IMG/VR virus record: IMGVR_UViG_3300005538_000014
Coordinates: 1 to 57,559 of that record
Origin: a virus
Lineage: Duplodnaviria; Caudoviricetes
DNA length: 57,559 bases
Strand: one strand, 5' to 3'
In this document: in pieces, positions 47,095-54,535 of the stretch
Layout: each line of letters starts with the position of its first letter
How positions within the stretch are numbered: the stretch's first letter is position 1
Position numbers and translations under genes: made by a program
Notes under the pieces: generated by a model
Database searches by the model: none
Seen by the model: only the letters and a program-made list of their open reading frames with translations
Told to the model about the DNA's origin: nothing

Positions 47095-48231
47095 TCAGCC
47101 CGGACCCAACTGTTCATCCATCCATTTGAGGAATGCGGGATCGCCGCGGCGCTCTGGCTCTTCCACTGGCACCCATCGGCCGCGGCAATTCGGGTGCATC
47201 ACCCCGGCCGCCGGCCACCACAATTCGTGCGGCTCGCGATCAACGAGGCCATCTTGAGTTTTTTTCCGCGCCGACGCCGAGCGGCCGACGTTCGTTTTGC
47301 CCGGCCACACTTGCGTGTCGCCATCCTTGTCCGGCGCGTCAGGCGCGACAACCTCGAAAATCTTGCCGTTGATCGAGCGGCAGAATGAGCATGCCCCTTG
47401 GTACTTTTCGATGCGCTTCACTTTCCGTCCGGGAGTGAGGGACGCGATCAGACCTTGGTTCGCCAATTCGCCGGTCTCGGTCAGGGCGATACGACGCCAG
47501 TCGCGGTTCCAGTCGGCGAACACATCGCCGAGCCGGGTTTCGAGCGACTCCCGCGCGCCCGGCGTTTGCATGCGCGCCTGTTCGAGATAATCCATGATGT
47601 TGCGGCGCAGCCGGTGACGCTGCGCGTCCGTGAGCGCGACCACGTTCTCAGCGGCATGCGCGTTGCCATACTCCATGATGGCGCGTTGGTGCGGCGTGAG
47701 GCCGAACAGCGCGTCAGCGGCCTCGATCGTCGGCGGCATTGCAACGAGCGCGTTGTCGACGGCGGCCGTCGAAATATCGCGCGCCTGGCGCGCCGCGGCC
47801 ATCCGGCCCAAAATGATTGCGCGGGTCGCAAGCCACTCCGCTTCCGTTCGCAGATCATCGAGAGGGAGGTACCGCTGCACAAGGTAATCGATCAGGAGCG
47901 CCCAATCGTCATAGGTGAAAGTGTCGGGATGCAGCGACTCCAGATAGAGCTTGGTAAGCGCGATCTCCGCTTCCGACCATCGAGCCATTGCCCCAACCGG
48001 GCGCGGCGGCCGTTCGTGGGTGTGCTTGTGCTTTGACCCGGACAGCCACGAACCCAATTCAGCGCGAACGCTTGCGATGCGAGCAAGACCGCGCTCTGTG
48101 AAGAGTTCTACAATGCGTCGAATGTAAGGGTTTTCGTGCGGCCGCCAGATGTCGGAGCCGTCTTCACTTTCAGCCTTGTAGAAGGCATCGAGCACGCAAT
48201 GCGCGTGCTCATCGCAGACATCGAAGAGCAT
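47095..48231 (-). CDS. MuF/SPP1 gp7-like minor head protein
   Basis: RDWRRIALTE, ACSFCRSINGK, MHPNCRG. Confidence 0.85.
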   Translation of the reverse strand: MLFDVCDEHAHCVLDAFYKAESEDGSDIWRPHENPYIRRIVELFTERGLARIASVRAELGSWLSGSKHKHTHERPPRPVGAMARWSEAEIALTKLYLESLHPDTFTYDDWALLIDYLVQRYLPLDDLRTEAEWLATRAIILGRMAAARQARDISTAAVDNALVAMPPTIEAADALFGLTPHQRAIMEYGNAHAAENVVALTDAQRHRLRRNIMDYLEQARMQTPGARESLETRLGDVFADWNRDWRRIALTETGELANQGLIASLTPGRKVKRIEKYQGACSFCRSINGKIFEVVAPDAPDKDGDTQVWPGKTNVGRSASARKKTQDGLVDREPHELWWPAAGVMHPNCRGRWVPVEEPERRGDPAFLKWMDEQLGPG

Positions 48232-48244
48232 CGCGCAATGGTAG

Positions 48245-48251
48245 GATCACG
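48245..48251 (-). promoter_or_regulatory. variant late-promoter motif (CGTGATC-C-TACCAT-N6-ATG)
   Basis: 13 nt before ATG 48231. Confidence 0.65.
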
Positions 48252-48253
48252 AC

Positions 48254-48466
48254 CTATTCGGCGGCGTGCCTTTGTTCGGTGAGTGCTTCCGTGTCAGCCG
48301 CCTCGCCCGCCTCTTTGGCGGTAATCTGGTCGCCGAATTTGATCGGGGCGATGCGATCACCAGTGTATTCGTGCCACTCGCCGTCCACCTTGACGTGGCT
48401 CACGCCTCTGGCCCCTTCGGGCTGGCGGAAGGTCGCGCCGTCTTTTTCGTAGTAGAGAAATTTCAT
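48254..48466 (-). CDS. 70-aa protein, candidate immunity/antitoxin partner
   Basis: Strong GAGGAGG RBS; immediately follows the RelA/SpoT-domain gene; function inferred from position. Confidence 0.6.
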   Translation of the reverse strand: MKFLYYEKDGATFRQPEGARGVSHVKVDGEWHEYTGDRIAPIKFGDQITAKEAGEAADTEALTEQRHAAE

Positions 48467-48507
48467 GTTGACCTCCTCACCACAGATATACCCATGCGGC
48501 GGTGCCG

Positions 48508-50322
48508 CTACAAGTGGGCCTTCTCATATTTTGCCCTTGCTTCGCGATACATTCGTTGCTGAACGTCAACAACCCGCTGGTATTCCGCCTCCGCATCGGC
48601 GGGCCACGGTTTGTCATCGTGGTCCTTGCCGTACTTTGCCTCCAAATCGCGCTCAATCTCGTAGAACTTGTGCGCCTCGTGCTTGGTCTGCACCATGGAT
48701 TTCACGTTCACCTGGATTTCGGCGATCACGCCGTTTTCCATGCGCGCGAACATCTGAATGTCGCTGTACCCCGCCTTGGTTGGCTTCTGAAAGCGGTCCT
48801 TGAACGGCTTGGCGAGCACCATGCCATTTTTCTTCAACCGCTCGATGGTGTGATACACCTCTTCGAGACTGTCGACCGCAATCGTGCAGCGCACTGTGTC
48901 CATCAGCCGGGACCAGTCGCCCTTGTAATCGGTGTTCACCTTTTGCGTTGCGCGATCCTCTTTTTTGAGGGGCGCGATGAAGAGCATGCTTCCCGGAGTA
49001 TTCCACTCCTCTGGCGAGACATCTTCCGGGGATTTGTTCATCCGGCGAATGCCAAGCTGAGTGCAGACCCCCTTGGGACTGGCGAGCCATTTGGTGAGGT
49101 GTTCGAGCGCGGGCTTTGACGCCTTATAGAGCGCATCCTTAGTGGCATGAGGCTGGACCACCACGGTTGGCAACTCTTTCCAACCGTACCGCTTCGCCGC
49201 GGTGTATGTGCGGTTACCGTCGATGATGGTATAGGTGCCGTCGGCGTTCGGGGTGACCTTGATGGGTGCGCGCCTGGCAATCTTGCCGTGGTACGACGCC
49301 ATCATCAGCTTCGGCGCGTTTTCCCCTCCGTGCTTGTTCTCTTCGTCGGTTTTTGAGGAGCGCAGCTTGTCGAGCGCAATGATGCTCGTGCCGCCGTCCA
49401 TCTTGAAGAACCGCTCGTGCTCTTCCGGCATGGACTCCGGCGCGGGAAGCACGCCTTTGACGCGCTTGCTGTACGCCTTGTCGTCCTCGCCATGCAGTCG
49501 CGGCGGATAGGCCGGAGGTTTCGGCGGGGCCTTGCTCGCGCCCGCGTGTTGCTTTGAGCTATTGTTATCCGGCTTTGCGTTACCTGCCGGCTTCTTCACC
49601 GGGCCGCGCTGCAATTCGTTCCAGTACACCTCATGCTTCTTGCCGGAGGCATCGCGAACGGTAGCGCCATCCTGGCCGACATCGGTTACCTCGCCAGAGC
49701 CAGCGGTCTCACCAATTTTGAATTGCACGGAGTCGCCAATCTTTGCCGGCGTCTTTTGCTGCGGCTTCGCCTTCTCCGGCCTCGCCTCGCGCTCTGGCGC
49801 TTTGACCTTCGGAGTCGTGCGCTTCCATCGCTTTGTTTGATGGCCTTGCTTGTCGGTGACATCCTGCAACGACAGGCCGGGCCGGTTTTTGATGGCCTTG
49901 ATAACGTCGATGGGCACGGTGCCGAACACCAGCGCAATCGGCGCGATCGACTTGCGGACCGGCCCCTCTTCGCCGCTGTAAACGTCGGGGTCAGGATCCT
50001 CGATATAGCGCCGCCGTCCGCTCGGATCCGCGGCGATGAAGCCGTCCTCGCCCTGATCGACGATAGTGTACCCTTGTTGCACCTTCACGCGATGACCGAG
50101 AACTTGCTCCCATCGCACCCGGTATCGCTTCTGGTCGTGCGCGCAATCAATCACGCATCCGTCGCGGCCGTGCGCCATAACCTTGCCATGCACAGGCCCA
50201 TGCTTCGGATGGCGAAAGTACACCTCATCGCCGCGCTCCACGTCGGGAGTCGGCAACTCCTCCTCGGTTTCCCGCTTCGCGCCGGGCTTACCGAGTTTAT
50301 TGATGTTATTTGCCGAGCGCAT
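48508..50322 (-). CDS. multidomain protein: SH3/KOW-like repeats + ParB/Srx-like domain + RelA/SpoT-like nucleotidyltransferase
   Basis: APIKV...YTIIDGNRT..AAK..G...LP (ParB-like); PLKKEDRATQKV...LMDTVRCTI...KDRF...GYSDI...AEIQV...AHKFYE (RelA/SpoT synthetase-like). Confidence 0.8.
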   Translation of the reverse strand: MRSANNINKLGKPGAKRETEEELPTPDVERGDEVYFRHPKHGPVHGKVMAHGRDGCVIDCAHDQKRYRVRWEQVLGHRVKVQQGYTIVDQGEDGFIAADPSGRRRYIEDPDPDVYSGEEGPVRKSIAPIALVFGTVPIDVIKAIKNRPGLSLQDVTDKQGHQTKRWKRTTPKVKAPEREARPEKAKPQQKTPAKIGDSVQFKIGETAGSGEVTDVGQDGATVRDASGKKHEVYWNELQRGPVKKPAGNAKPDNNSSKQHAGASKAPPKPPAYPPRLHGEDDKAYSKRVKGVLPAPESMPEEHERFFKMDGGTSIIALDKLRSSKTDEENKHGGENAPKLMMASYHGKIARRAPIKVTPNADGTYTIIDGNRTYTAAKRYGWKELPTVVVQPHATKDALYKASKPALEHLTKWLASPKGVCTQLGIRRMNKSPEDVSPEEWNTPGSMLFIAPLKKEDRATQKVNTDYKGDWSRLMDTVRCTIAVDSLEEVYHTIERLKKNGMVLAKPFKDRFQKPTKAGYSDIQMFARMENGVIAEIQVNVKSMVQTKHEAHKFYEIERDLEAKYGKDHDDKPWPADAEAEYQRVVDVQQRMYREARAKYEKAHL

Positions 50323-52090
50323 AAATCGGCTTCAACCCGAAGCGCGACGGATCAATGGCCTTGGCGAAACTGTCGTCCGACTGGCCGAAATCGCCCTCGC
50401 GCTTCTCTGGATTGCCCCCTTGTTCTTGCCCCGGCTCACCTTGATCCTGTCCGGGCGCGGGCGGTCCGCCAGGCTGATCACCCTGCAACGGCTCGCCCGG
50501 ATTGCCGTCGTCCGGCATTCCAAAGTCCGCTTGCTGCGCTTGCATTTCTTGCTGCTTGAATTGCAGCCATGGAGAGATAAGCGCCGGATTGAGCGGGCAA
50601 TCGCCCATCACGTCGTCGACCTCCTCATCGCCCTGCCGACGCCGTGCCTCATTCCATGTTTGCGTCAGCTTCCGCATTTCAAACCGCTTGTCCGCGTCCT
50701 CACCGTCGAGGCCAACGAACCTGAGCGAGTATTGCGGCGAGAACGGACGGATGAAGAAATCGGTGTACTCGCACGCGAAATGCGAGAGCAGCGGTTCGAG
50801 ACCTTTATCGTTCGAGGAGGTGATCTTCTGTTCGGTGTCGCTGCCAGACAGTGGCGCGCGGCCGGAGGTGAAACTTTCCATCGACACCTCTTCCGGCGCA
50901 ATCCCGTAGATGGCACACGCGAGAGAGGTGAGAAGACTCATCCATTTGCCGAACGCCATTTCCGTCATTTGCGCGCCGACCTCAAGGAAATTGGCCTTTG
51001 CGTCGGCGTCGCGCGATGTCAGGATCGGCAGATTGTGGACATTCTGGATTCCGCGCACCATCGCGACCCACAGGCGCTTGAACGCCGCGAGGTCGGCGTT
51101 GTCGTAATTTCCGACAAGCTGCAGAATGCCGCGAGGGATTGAGTTCTTCGTGAAATACGACCCGTTGTACTCCAATGTATTCAGGAGGTGCGTGACGACG
51201 CGGATGAGCATTTCCGTTTCGCCATAGCCGTATCCGCACGCGAGCACGTCTGTACGCGGGTTGCGAACCTCGTACGTCAGATCGTAATGGGTGTACGCCG
51301 TGCGGATGTTCCCCTGAATAACTTGCAGGGCGAACACCTCGTCGTCGCCGTCATAGCCCTCTTCCGTGCAGAGCCGCACGGTCGCGCCGTCGACGGCGTA
51401 AATGCCATCCAGGCCAAGCGACTTGTCCGACTTGAATTGTGTTTCGACTGGCGCGGCGTCCATCGCGAGGGAATCGCGGATGCGCTTCGCCATGAATTGC
51501 GGGAAGGTGTCACGCTTCAAGAGCTTGCGCTTGCGCGGGTCGTCCTCCCACCCGCAATTCAGAACGAACTTTTGCAGAAGGTCGATGGACTGCTTGTTCT
51601 CGGCATTGAGTTCGTGATTCTTGTCAATGTGGTGAATGACGAAGCCGGGAGCTTCCGGTTCAAGTTGCGGCCGGCAGAAGCGCAGCACTTGCCGGATGCG
51701 CGTCAGGACGATGGCGTTCAGGATCGGCGTTTGATCCACCATTGTACGCATCGAATCGAAATTGAGCAGGCCCGGCCGATCCCAATACTGCCCTTGCGCC
51801 GCAATCTGGAAATCGTCGAGCATCACCGATTGCATGCCGCCCTTGCGGCTTTGCGACGGGTATTTGACCTGGTTGATCGACTTGTTGAACGCCTCGGCTG
51901 CAATCTCTTGCTGGATGAAATCGATCACTGGCTGAATTTCAGCGCGCGGAATGAGCGCGGACTCAAGTGTACTTTTGTTGATTTCGGCTTGCGCGTCGTA
52001 GCGTTCCGTGAATGGCGCGCGCGGGCTGAATGCGACCGACCAAACGCCGGGAGCCGCGGTAGCAGCGGCCGTTTCCTTTTTGCGAGCCAT
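50306..52090 (-). CDS. portal protein
   Basis: RDSLAMDA, YAVDGATVR, VRNPR...GYGYGETE, YFTKNSIPRGIL, CAIYGIAPEEV, KGLEPLL, TWNEARR. Confidence 0.9.
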   Translation of the reverse strand: MARKKETAAATAAPGVWSVAFSPRAPFTERYDAQAEINKSTLESALIPRAEIQPVIDFIQQEIAAEAFNKSINQVKYPSQSRKGGMQSVMLDDFQIAAQGQYWDRPGLLNFDSMRTMVDQTPILNAIVLTRIRQVLRFCRPQLEPEAPGFVIHHIDKNHELNAENKQSIDLLQKFVLNCGWEDDPRKRKLLKRDTFPQFMAKRIRDSLAMDAAPVETQFKSDKSLGLDGIYAVDGATVRLCTEEGYDGDDEVFALQVIQGNIRTAYTHYDLTYEVRNPRTDVLACGYGYGETEMLIRVVTHLLNTLEYNGSYFTKNSIPRGILQLVGNYDNADLAAFKRLWVAMVRGIQNVHNLPILTSRDADAKANFLEVGAQMTEMAFGKWMSLLTSLACAIYGIAPEEVSMESFTSGRAPLSGSDTEQKITSSNDKGLEPLLSHFACEYTDFFIRPFSPQYSLRFVGLDGEDADKRFEMRKLTQTWNEARRRQGDEEVDDVMGDCPLNPALISPWLQFKQQEMQAQQADFGMPDDGNPGEPLQGDQPGGPPAPGQDQGEPGQEQGGNPEKREGDFGQSDDSFAKAIDPSRFGLKPIYALGK

Positions 52091-52104
52091 GCGCGCGACT
52101 ATGC

Positions 52105-52111
52105 CGTCACG
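52105..52111 (-). promoter_or_regulatory. late-promoter motif (CGTGACG-G-CATAGT-N7-ATG)
   Basis: 14 nt before the portal ATG 52090. Confidence 0.75.
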
Positions 52112-52113
52112 AC

Positions 52114-52151
52114 AAAACGGCCCGGCGAGGAATCAACCTCACCGAGCCGTT
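52114..52151 (-). terminator. rho-independent terminator of the ssb/RNA transcript
   Basis: - strand AACGGCTCGGTGAGG-ttgatt-CCTCGCCGGGCCGTT-TT. Confidence 0.7.
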
Positions 52152-52266
52152 CCGCGAGCGAGGCCCCCTGCCACGCTCTTCCCCTTCGCCAGCCACACCC
52201 TTACAGGGACACCTAACCGCCATGCGGCTTCGGGTTTGAGTGGCTGGCTCCCCCCTGAGTATTTGT

Positions 52267-52333
52267 GCGGCGCTCTACCGGCTGAGCTACCCGGCCCGTA
52301 GGCCGGAGCGGGACTCGAACCCGCGACCTCCGC
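52267..52333 (-). ncRNA. circularly permuted tRNA-like module A
   Basis: - strand GCGG-AGGTC-GCGGG-TTCGAGT-CCCGC (T arm)-TCCGGCC-TACG-GGCCGGG (acceptor stem closed by a tetraloop)-TA-GCTC-AGCCGGTA-GAGC (D arm)-G-CCGC. Confidence 0.85.
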
Positions 52334-52336
52334 TTT

Positions 52337-52416
52337 GCGCTGCTCTACCAGACTGAGCTACGGACAGATGCCTATAGCTGCATCCGCCGACTGGATTTGA
52401 ACCAGTGACCTCGCGC
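52337..52416 (-). ncRNA. circularly permuted tRNA-like module B
   Basis: - strand GCGC-GAGGTC-ACTGG-TTCAAAT-CCAGT (T arm)-CGGCGGATGC-agctatag-GCATCTGTCCG (extended, looped acceptor)-TA-GCTC-AGTCTGGTA-GAGC (D arm)-A-GCGC. Confidence 0.82.
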
Positions 52417-52430
52417 TTCCGTACCGTTCG

Positions 52431-52883
52431 TTAGAACGGAATCTCGTCGTCCTCCGGGGTGAATTGCTGTGTGCGCGATTGCGTCGCGCCGGACGAACGG
52501 TTGCCGCCGCCGCTTTCGCTGCCGCCGTTGCTGTCCTTGCCGCCGAGGAGAACCAGCTTGGAGTTAAAGCCGTTCAGCACGATCTCGGTCGTGTACCGAT
52601 CAACGCCGTCCTTGTCGGTCCACTTGCGCGTCTGCAACTGGCCTTCGACGTAAACCTTGGAGCCTTTCTTGAGGTACTTTTCGGCGATACCCGCGAGGCC
52701 GTCATTGAAGATCACGACCCGGTGCCACTCGGTTTTCTCTTTGCGCTCGCCTGACGACTTATCTTTCCAGGACTCCGACGTGGCGAGGCTCAAATTGACG
52801 ATTGTGCCGCCCGACTGCGTTTTCCGCGCCTCGGGATCCTGACCGAGGTTTCCGATCAGCATTACCTTGTTCAACGAAGACAT
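52431..52883 (-). CDS. ssb: single-stranded DNA-binding protein
   Basis: [16 protein letters not shown]...[10 protein letters not shown]...TEWHRVV...[16 protein letters not shown]...DDEIPF. Confidence 0.97.
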   Translation of the reverse strand: MSSLNKVMLIGNLGQDPEARKTQSGGTIVNLSLATSESWKDKSSGERKEKTEWHRVVIFNDGLAGIAEKYLKKGSKVYVEGQLQTRKWTDKDGVDRYTTEIVLNGFNSKLVLLGGKDSNGGSESGGGNRSSGATQSRTQQFTPEDDEIPF

Positions 52884-53053
52884 CGATTTTCCTTGAGGAA
52901 AGCGTTGTCCCGGCGAGTGTCGGCCAAGCCTGCACACTCGCCGGGACGGTCCCCCCACTTTTGCCCCCGGTGGGTATCGGGGTTGGGTTCTGCTCCCCTT
53001 CTGGCTCACCACTTACGCAGGTGACTCGCTTCCCCGAGGTGACTTGACCTTGC

Positions 53054-53060
53054 CGTCACG
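53054..53060 (-). promoter_or_regulatory. late-promoter motif (CGTGACG-G-CAAGGT) driving a leadered ssb transcript
   Basis: Intergenic consensus match just after the dnaN stop; predicted start near 53040. Confidence 0.65.
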
Positions 53061-53075
53061 ACTGGTGGAGAGCAG

Positions 53076-54188
53076 CTACAATCTCATCGGCATGACCACG
53101 CCAAGCGTTTCCGCGTCACCTTCGCCCTCGATCAGCGCAGGGCTTCCCGCGTCCGCGAGGTAGAACGTGGCGTTTTCCGCATTGAGCGACGACAGGATGT
53201 TCCGCATGTACGTCGGATTGAAACCGACCTCGATTGGGGAGCCATCGTATGATGCCGTGAGCTTGTCCGCGGCGTCTCCGTGATCCGGGTGCCGGCACGA
53301 GAGTTCGAGCGGCTCGCCACGTTTCAGGCCCAACCCGACAGGGCTGCGATTTTCCCCGACAAAGGCAACGCGGTCGATCGCATCGATAAGCGCCTTGCGG
53401 CCCACGTTCATCGTGTTCTGACCGCGCGGCGGGATCACCCGGTCGTAATCAGGAAAGGTGCCGTCGATCAGCTTCGATGTCAGATTGGTTTCCCCGAACT
53501 CGAAACGGATTTTCGTATCCGTCACGCGCACCGTCACGTACTCGGAGTACGAGTCGATAAGACGCCGGAGTTCGAGCACTGCCTTGCGCGGAACGATAAC
53601 GTGCGGCATGCCAGCGGCACCGTCCGGCAGCGCGATGTCGCTCCGCATCAGAACGTGGCCATTCGTCGCCACTGACCGCAAACGGTTTGCACCGGACGGC
53701 GCATGGAAATAGATGCCGTTCAGGTAGTACCGTGTCTCTTCGGTTGAAATCGCGATCTTGCTTTTGTCGATCAGCGAGCGCATGTCCGCGCCAGCAACGT
53801 CAAAGATGTGGACGCCGCTCTCGGGCCACGTCATGACAGGGAAATCTTGCGCTGGCAGTCCGGCGACCTGGTAGCGTGCATCGCCCGACACCACGGACGT
53901 TCGCATGCTTTCCGACGCACTCACCTTGACTTGCGAGCCAGGGGGCAGCCGTTTCAGGATGTCGTGCAGCATCGCGGCCGGCAGCGTCGTACGCCCGCCA
54001 GTCTCTACCATCGCCGGGATGCTATCGATGATCTCGATGTCGAGGTCCGTTGCCGTAACGTGCAACCCATCTGGCGACGCATTCAGCAATACGTTTCGCA
54101 GGATTGGAATGACGCCCTTCTTGTCGACGACCCCGGTGACATGATTGAGAACCTTCAAGAACGCGTCGCGTTCAGCCACGAATTTCAT
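53076..54188 (-). CDS. dnaN: DNA polymerase III beta sliding clamp
   Basis: IPILRNVLL, ATDLDI, AISTEETRYYLNGIYFH, VATNGH, SKLIDGTFPDYDRVIP, GFNPTY, VVMPMRL. Confidence 0.95.
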   Translation of the reverse strand: MKFVAERDAFLKVLNHVTGVVDKKGVIPILRNVLLNASPDGLHVTATDLDIEIIDSIPAMVETGGRTTLPAAMLHDILKRLPPGSQVKVSASESMRTSVVSGDARYQVAGLPAQDFPVMTWPESGVHIFDVAGADMRSLIDKSKIAISTEETRYYLNGIYFHAPSGANRLRSVATNGHVLMRSDIALPDGAAGMPHVIVPRKAVLELRRLIDSYSEYVTVRVTDTKIRFEFGETNLTSKLIDGTFPDYDRVIPPRGQNTMNVGRKALIDAIDRVAFVGENRSPVGLGLKRGEPLELSCRHPDHGDAADKLTASYDGSPIEVGFNPTYMRNILSSLNAENATFYLADAGSPALIEGEGDAETLGVVMPMRL

Positions 54189-54535
54189 TTGCCGTTTTCC
54201 CTGGTTTGAAGGTCCGCAACGATCTCGGAAACATCGCCCGCGTTGCGGCAGTCTGCGAGGAGGCGACCAAAGGTGCCAACCATAGCGCCGTCTTTGGACG
54301 GATCGGTTGTGCATGCGAGAATGTATGCAGCAGCCGACATAAAGCCGGAAGCAAGATCAGCGCACGCTTCCGCATCGCCGCTCACGACGACCTGCTCAGA
54401 TATATCGAGCAACTGTCGCAGGATCACTTGCGCCGGGGCCACAGGCCCGGCGATTACGCCTTCTGAATTTGCCACAACAGCCCCGTTGTGTTTCACACCG
54501 GGCAAGAGAACACCAGCAGAACGCCCAATCGTCAA
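54185..54535 (-). CDS. hypothetical protein
   Basis: Probable TTG start overlapping the terminase stop; stop overlaps the dnaN start. Confidence 0.5.
   Translation of the reverse strand: MTIGRSAGVLLPGVKHNGAVVANSEGVIAGPVAPAQVILRQLLDISEQVVVSGDAEACADLASGFMSAAAYILACTTDPSKDGAMVGTFGRLLADCRNAGDVSEIVADLQTRENGK

Noticed and set aside
52188-52248. Three-way junction as a hammerhead ribozyme
   Set aside because: No CUGANGA or GAAA core on either strand
52300-52367. A conventional tRNA made from the D-arm half of module B and the T-arm half of module A
   Set aside because: The acceptor strands (CTGTCCG vs TCCGGCC) do not pair, the anticodon arm would be only CGC-AAA-GCG and there is no CCA; the permuted pairings are much better
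53520-53538. CGTCACG copies inside dnaN (also near 7519 and 15570)
   Set aside because: They are intragenic, lack the xAxxxT hexamer and are not 13-14 nt from a start codon, so they are treated as chance matches
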